A DNA stretch of 63,528 bases, the filler included, from Vannella sp. (Eukaryota): assembly GCA_023345925.1 (NCBI GenBank). It is 7 parts of 7 records of this genome, joined end to end, with 100 filler letters (N's around TTAATTAATTAA, not from the genome) between each part and the next. Parts side by side here need not be neighbours in the genome. Positions count along the whole stretch, not along the records: positions 54,572 to 63,528 come from JAJQQN010000449.1; 6 more parts are not named here. One strand, written 5' to 3'. The translations under genes were made by a program, and so were the position numbers. The notes beneath the pieces were generated by a model that worked only from the letters and a program-made list of their open reading frames with translations, was not told the DNA's origin and did not search any database. This document shows positions 56,537 through 63,528 of the stretch, piece after piece; positions within the stretch are counted from its first letter, which is position 1, and every line of letters starts with the position of its first letter.

Positions 56537-59500
56537 TTATTTCGTGATAGACATGACGTACTTCTGATAGCGGCGACGATAGCGTTTGGGTGGTATGGCA
56601 GAGATCAGCGCTGCCTGGTGGAAGAACGACTTGGCCACGTGTTCTCCCCATTTCTTGAGGTTGTACTCTGTCAAGGTGTCGATGATACCAACGAAGTAGA
56701 CTGCTGACTTGTCTGAGGAGAGAATGCCGTTGTGGAAATGAGTGAAAAGGTTCGGAAGAACCGCGGCGTCCATGTCCCGGTCTGCTTCTCGAGCCGTTTC
56801 GAGCCAATCTTCAGAGCAAGTTGCTTCATCCCACTGGATCTCTGTCATGGCATCTCCTTGAGAGCGGAAGTGAATGCCAACAAGGAGAGAATAGTCACAA
56901 ATGTTCCTTTGCTCCATCCACCTCGCATCACGCTCTATCTGTTGGAAGAAGAACGCTCTTAAAGAGGGTCCCATCTCTAAGATATGGTGGAAGTCGTTAT
57001 CCTTCAAAGCAACGGAAGAGCGATCTTGATCTTCGCGTATCTCGACGTGCCGATTCACTGTCGACCCTTTCAGGTCATAGATCTCATGAATGGGGAGTGT
57101 GGGATCATGGAACAGGTTCGCCATCACTACGAAGCTCATCCAAGGTCCGTTATTCTCTCGAATGCGATGAAGACCGTAAAAGTGAGCAATCAAGCTGTTC
57201 GGATTCTCCCTCAAATGGTGGTAATAGCCCTGTAGGATGCGCACAAACGTTGCATCTTCTTCATCAGGAATGGTTTTGATGAAGAATCGGTTGTCTGGAC
57301 TGACATAGAACATGCTGCCGCTTCGTCCTGTCGAACTCATGGACCGAAGAGTGCGCAATCGACCGAGTAAAAGATGCCCAAGGAGGTGTTCAATGCCCAA
57401 AGCAGAGAGGTAGTCTGTCGAAGTGATGCTGAATCGCTCACGGATCATTCGGAACATCATTGGGGCGACATCAACGAAAGTCCAAGTGGATTTGGCCGTG
57501 TCCTGGACAGATGCCGAAGGACTGGAGGTCTCAGGGAAGGTGTACCGCTCTACCTGAGAAAAGACGTCATCACTATCCATATCTGCTTGCCGTTGCTGCT
57601 CAGAGTGACGAACAGATTGGGTGATTCCGTACATGACATGCCACATAAGCTCCCATTGTTCATGATGGAATCCAATGGACAATCCTTTGGTTTGAGAGCC
57701 GTTATTAGCTACGGTCCCGTTACCTTGACTCAGTGCTGAGATGAACTCGTGGTTGTGGAGGCAGACATTCTTGAAAGTGGCGTAAGAGATTCGGCCAGTG
57801 GACTTTGGATCCATCAGAATGAGGAGAGTTCGAGTGAATTGAGTGATAAATGCTTTCTCTCGAGGAAGAAGTGATCCATAAGTCTCAACAAAGCCTTTCA
57901 CGTCCTGGGGCGAGAGGAATCCCTTTCGGCGGTTATCCAACATTCTGAACGCAAAGTCAATTTGCTCGGTTTCGCTGCCCTTTAAAAGGATACTTAGGCC
58001 ATGTAGATAGTGCTGGAGATCGATAGACTTCTCTCCTTTCAAGTCAAATGCCCGGAAAAGTCCGTTGAATAGTCCCGTAAGAGAGAGGAAGGTATTTCCG
58101 CTGGCGGGACGGAAGTCTTCAAAGCTAATGATCGATTTTGAGGGGCCACATAGTGACTGGAAGGCGCTAGTGTGCATCTGGCGTTCCTTATCAGCAAAGT
58201 TCATGAGAAGGGGAGAGTTAAACTCCTCCAAGTTCTCTCGGATGAAGACTTCCAGGGTTTTGGGGCTCAATTGGAACTCTCGACTGAATATAGGAAGAGG
58301 CATGTGCTTGCGAGACTGGATATTAAAGAGCAAGTCTAATATTGAAGGAAGGAGCTCTGTTGGGATGATAGAGTCTTCCAGGACCATCGCACACTCGTCT
58401 TTGGTGTTGACTGGATGGAAATTGAAATTTGTTGATAGCTTGAGGATAGCCAGAAGTTGAGTGAGCGTGTGGCAGTTGGAAGTGGTCAGTCTCAGCGTGG
58501 TGCGATGGAATCGCGCAGAACCATCAAGAAGAGTCAATAATACAGCTTTTGCAACATCTTGCAGATCAATCCAATCAATGGCTCCTGTGATGAGAGGCAT
58601 AGCAAGGATACGAGGGGAGGATAGAACGCAAATGGGGAGGAATTGCATGGGAACCCCAATCTGGAAGATGGTAAAGTCAACCTGCGTCTCCTTCAGGATG
58701 ATCTCAGCCTGCGCGTGCTGCTCATGAAAAAGGTCCGAGTGAGCGCTAGACATGTCAAAAGTGGCAATGGCAACATAAGTGAGGAGAACCTCCCGCGATT
58801 GGATCAAGTCAGCAATCATTTTGACGTGGAGGAGGAACCCGTTAATCTCTAGCATGATAAAGAGTCGTGAGACACCATCCAGTGCATGGCGAAGCTGTTC
58901 TTTGGCGTCAAGACGGTCAAAATTGACCTGGTAAACCTCAGCATTAACAGAGTCAAGGACAGAGCTTTCCACATCATAGATTGGCACAAGGAGACTGTCC
59001 AATGCACATGGAGGGGTCTCTATAAGAATACAGCGGAACTTAATATCCTTGGCCATAAAGTGGCGAGCTACTTCTTGTCCGAGGAAGGTGTTGGCGCCAA
59101 GCACTCCAATCTTGTTCTCCACAGAGTTCTGAAGCTCTGTTTGCCACTGCTTGCTGATGATTGCATGCGCGGTGCCTCGAATGTCTGCAGAGGCAAAGGA
59201 GAAGTAGTATTCCTCCTTTTGTTCCGGCGTGGAAGTGTATTCCAATAAGATACCTTGGCCGCTCTTTTCTACTAAGGAGGCTATCCTGTTGAGTCTTAAA
59301 AGGAGCGTTGTGCGCTTCTTGGATCCCTCATTGAAATACCCCAGGCAGCGGTGCGTAAGAAATAGTTGCCCTTGGCCACTGGAGATCTTTACAGCGCCAT
59401 TCATGCAAGCTGTGATTGCAAAGTGCTGTACCAAAGTGTCTGTGGGATCCGAGTGAGTGGGAAAGTTCTTGCGAAACTGCTTTGTCTGCTGAGGATACTT

Positions 59501-61503
59501 AATAGACCCAACCATTTGATGCAGAGGGATGCCATCGATACGAATGGGATCCTTTCACGCAAGTCAGTCACATCATTGGCCCCAAAGAGAGGAATATCAC
59601 TTACTGGCTTCTTGCGGATACGAATGAGAAAGTTCAGGAGATTGAAGACTTCCTCATCCGGCACTGAGAGGGAGGTAAAGGCAACCGTATGTTGGCATCC
59701 TTTGACATCGCGAGCTAGAAGCTCAATACCTGAAGTAATGACAAACCGCTTCATCGAAACGACGTCTATAAAGGAGATAATTGACTTATGACACCCTGTT
59801 GACTCAAAGGCACAGTAGCGCGGCCAGACATTGAGAATCCCAGACACTCCATTCATCTTGCAAGTGTACGTATCTAAGCTCCTCTGAGAGTCCTCCCGGG
59901 ACCCACCGAGGGGCCTCTTCAGATCCAATTGGGGAATGGGAGAGCTCATTCGCCGTGGAGTGAATGACATTGAAGAGGAGCGATTGGCATTGATGCTGTT
60001 GCTCCTCTCTGTTTTGGCAAGGGACCCACTAGACTGGGTTGAGCTCGTATCAAGCCGCAAGCCAAGAGTGGCAGTACTTGAGGGACGCGCAAGATCGTTA
60101 TGGTCGGCTACCTGAGCAGGTGTCCATGACCTGCTCTCTGATACAGACGCCCCCATCTTCCCCATACTGCTAGTCGATCGCTTGCGAACAACCATCTGGG
60201 AGTCTCTGATCATCTCCACAGCGACGGAATGCTGATGTTCCCGGGCTAGATCCAGCGCAGTCCCTCGACGACAAGCCAACAAAGGGTTGCCCTGATGAAG
60301 TAGCAAGATACGAAGCAGTGGCAGGCTACCGTGAATGGCTGCCACATGTAAAGGCGTCATCAAATCTCCCCCACTACGAGGGTTAGCCACTTTGAGGGCA
60401 GACAGAGATGGTTTCCAACCTTGTAGGGATGTTGGGTGAGGCTGAACGCTCGAGCAAGTACTTGACGCATTGGACATTGCGTCCACGGACGAGGACGCGG
60501 TACAAAGGCGTTTGCCCGTGGGAATCCTGAGCGTTAATGTCAACCCCTTCTTGGAGAACCAGCTCCATCAGCTTTTGGTCCTCCTGCCAGCTGTCTTCAG
60601 TCACAGAGCGGACCAGATAGTGAAGGGGAATCGTTCTACTCAGAGTCACAGCCATCACATGGGCTCCGCTCTTCAGCAAGAGAGCGCAGATGTCAATCAA
60701 TCTCTCATCACATGCAGCGTGAAGCGGTGTCCATCCACTAAGATCGCGTGCGTTAACGTCAGCCCCTGGTCGTCCCCCAAGGTGAGTCAAGGGCTCTCTC
60801 CGTCATTCCCAGCCTGAGAGCGCGTACCGAGTTCGATGAAGGTGCGCACACAATCTATGTTCCGTTTGGTCACTGCCTTGTGGAGTACAGTCTCACGGCG
60901 TGCGTTAGTCTCTCGGAAGAAGCGGGCGCGGGCTGGTTCGGGGAGCTCATTGACCAGTTCGATGATGCCATCGAGGGAGCCATCTACAAAGATGGTTTTA
61001 AGAAGGTGGCTGATGTCAAACATGCCCCATTCAATGGCCTCAGAGGACTCGAACAGAGGCATGGACGAAGTCGAGTCTATCAGACTCTCTCGACTCTCTG
61101 TGAGGCTGAACGACGCAGAAGGAGACACATTTGGTTCTTCACATTCACTTGGGATCTTCTGAGAGGGCATACTGCCACTCTGGACGGTAGAAGTTGGTTC
61201 CTCTTGGTGCCCTTCTGGCTGGGACTGTGCAGGAAGAGCTAATCGTGTCTTGGAGTACTCCATATACGCTTGATAGAGCTCTGAAGGGTTCTCTGAAACA
61301 GCTGGAGGAAGCGTGTCAAGGAACGACTTGATCTCGAACCAAAGCTCCTCCGCCTCTCCCTCGTTCTTCCCCGTTCCGACGACCATGCACGGCGTCAAGA
61401 GTACGACCTGGTACGCCTGCTCAATGTACACTAGCAGTAAGAACCCTGTCTTCCGTAGAACCTTGTAGCTCGCGCCCGGAAGGGCGGAAGGCGCACTCAA
61501 CAT
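56537..61503 (-). CDS. Multidomain phosphatidylinositol-phosphate kinase: ankyrin repeats, two GRAM/PH-like domains, NmrA-like Rossmann domain, EF-hand (NCS/CBL-like) domain, PIP5K domain
   Basis: Four ORFs joined in frame by three short GT-AG introns (about 60766-60826, 60375-60420, 59552-59604). ANK TPLH motifs; GQLFLTHRCLGY; KIGVLGANTFLGQEV..ALDGVSRLF..IDWIDLQDVAK; LFRAFD..FAFRMLD; STGRSGSMFY..FFIKT, YDLKGS, LKDND, DYSLLVG, GIIDTL. Confidence 0.85.
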
Positions 61504-61601
61504 GGTGCCCCGGACCGGGCGCGAGGGAAATGAAGCCTTTGGGGTTGCATAGAGGTTGATAGGGTTCTAAGGAGACGCATTTTGTGGGTGTCCAGTGCGC
61601 C

Positions 61602-63528
61602 ATGTTGGTGGGGACGCCAATCGACGTTGATCGACCTGAGAACGCCCCTGTTTGGCAGCAGAACGTACGGAGGACGAGATAGATGAGAGAGGAGACTGAC
61701 TGTTGAGGTTTGGATAGGCGACGGACGAGAATGGACGCCGTCGGTTCCATGGAGCGTTCACGGGAGGGTTTAGTGCGGGGCACTTCAACACTGTGGGTTC
61801 GCGGGAAGGCTTTACCCCAAAGGCGTTCAAGAGCAATCGTGAGGAGAGAGGAAAGTTCGACCAAAGGCCGGAGGACTTCATGGACGAGGAGGACTTTAAC
61901 GAAAGCGTCGCTGGAGGCAAAGTGCTCTCCACTAAGGAGGCATTCACGGATGAAGACGAGTCTACGAGACCTCAAAGAGCGTAAGAGTGCTTCAGAGATA
62001 GAGGACATGGGCTGATGAGGGAGGAAGGACATCAGGACTCTTTGTTCCCCAGGACCTGCTTGCTCCTGTGAAGGAGTCCGTCGGAATTAAGCTACTACGA
62101 GTGATGGGATGGAGGCCAGGCCAGGATATAGCGCCTCGGGTCCTTCCAAAGAAGCGTCAGCGGGTGGAGGTCAACACGGGTGCGTCTCTCTCTCAGAGAT
62201 GGCTTCCTTTGCTCACAAGAGGGAGCAGAACTACCCGTTCAGCCTAAGAAAAGAGTCATGGGTCCTTCTCTCGGTGACTTAGCAGGCGCCGAGTCCACCA
62301 ATGAGCCAAAAGACGAGCCTTCAACCCATTTGGCCTACCTTTCTGTGCAACGAAAGGCCGAGGATGTCCGCGGCATAGGCTTTATACAAGAAGACTCCCA
62401 GTACAACAGTATGCAGCTATCACCCCTCCTCCATCTCACATCTACGGAAACTGACTTGCAGCTATTAGGTTATCGAACTTTGCGAAAGCAGCAGGAAGGG
62501 GCAACCTCAGTGCGGTTAGCGATGAATTCGATCTTCAAAGGAGGAGAAAGCGTCTCAAAGAAGTTTGGGCAAGGTGTCTTTGAGGATGCAGACGACATTG
62601 ACGTTTATCAGACGAATGATGACAGTAAGTCCTTCGTTTCTCTGCAGAATGGAATACCCAGCTAAAAGAGAGTAGTGGGGAGTTATGATAAGACTCTTGG
62701 GGGACCGAAAAAGTCTGCAAAGGTGTCTACTCTGCCTTCCTGGGACTTTAAACCAACATTCCGACTTTCAGGCACGTTGACGACTGAAGGGACATCGTAA
62801 GTCATTTGAAGAGTGTCATCCTCTTACTGTTGTGAAGGTACCCCGCACCAAAGGTACCAAAGGACTACGTTCCTGTTCACCGCTTTGACAACGCACTAGT
62901 CGCTCCGGAGATAGTCAGGGGCAATTCTAGCCTTTCTGCTGCAAGGAGAGGGGAGATACTGGGGGAAAGGCAACTGCCTGTTCGTGTCACTGAGCAACCT
63001 AAACGCTCTGGCAACACCTCCCACCTCCCCTTTGGAGATGACACCGAAAAGCAAGGAAGGTATCTTGCTTTCCTCCAGGGCCGCTATGAAGCTGCTGCAG
63101 AAGTAACACAGACTCTCCTTTCTCTTCTAGAGCTAACGAAGCACCCAGGACATCCACGAATGTGTCCAGGAAGATGAAAAAAGGGAGTTTGTGCGAATGA
63201 GGGACAAGTTCAAGGAGATTCCGGAGAGCATGAAGGGCCGCTTTACAAAGGCAACCGTCACTTCTTCTCAGATGCAAGAAGAACTGGCTCAGAAGGAGAA
63301 GGAAGAGGAGGAAAGAAGGCTCAAACTGCCGGCTCTTCCTCCAGTTCGAGAGGAGCTTGACTGGGCACCCAAACCACTTCTCTGCAAGCGCTTTGGTGAA
63401 CGGAATCCGTATCACAGCTCGATAGTAAGTGACTTGCGGGAGTTCTAATGCTCTCTCTTCATCTCTCATTCCTTCCAGCCGCAGAATCAAGTTCCCAAGG
63501 TCTCCCACGGCCTTTCTGAAGAAGTGGC
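61602..63528 (+). CDS. GPATCH1: G-patch domain-containing protein 1 (TOUGH/GPATCH1), multi-exon, 3'-truncated
   Basis: [49 protein letters not shown]-patch [42 protein letters not shown]. Confidence 0.9.

Noticed and set aside
1..63528. tRNA, rRNA, transposase, reverse transcriptase or viral hallmark genes
   Set aside because: None recognised by eye; a covariance-model or HMM search would be needed to exclude small RNAs.

Overview
Eukaryotic (protist-like) genomic DNA, not prokaryotic. Seven unlinked contig pieces are joined by artificial 100-nt spacers (N44-TTAATTAATTAA-N44) at 7842, 15432, 21408, 38158, 49345 and 54472. Genes are densely packed with short (~40-75 nt) spliceosomal introns; the gene content suggests a free-living amoeba-like organism (inference). 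Housekeeping genes: NMD3, mitochondrial-type AsnRS, NOT4, SEC15, NDUFA2, GPATCH1, a MAPEG/MGST3-like gene, a TLC-domain gene and an S53 peptidase fragment. The most striking feature is missed by the ORF track: three surface-protein genes in which each internal 23-aa leucine-rich repeat is its own exactly 69-nt, phase-2/phase-2 exon (19+9+9 = 37 cassette exons by manual count). These are followed by a tandem-repeat Ser/Thr stalk and either mannose-6-phosphate-receptor-homology (MRH) domains or a GPS (GAIN) autoproteolysis motif plus one TM helix. One paralog lost its TM through a 97-bp microhomology deletion. On one contig, a head-to-head pair of membrane M43 metalloproteases is directly followed by a head-to-head pair of these LRR-GPS genes. 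Both ~205-bp bidirectional promoters carry two copies of the same 23-bp dyad CGGA-N3-TTC-N3-GAA-N3-TCCG (STAT/GAS-like core), 66-67 bp apart. Together this suggests a co-regulated, combinatorially diversifiable recognition system (inference). Other oddities: a repeat-array + PD-(D/E)xK nuclease protein, an ANK-GRAM-NmrA-EF-hand-PIP5K fusion, a Gig2-like ADP-ribosyltransferase next to a 111-bp-arm inverted repeat, and intergenic CCCTAAA telomere-type repeats. All family calls come from motif recognition by eye; no searches were run.
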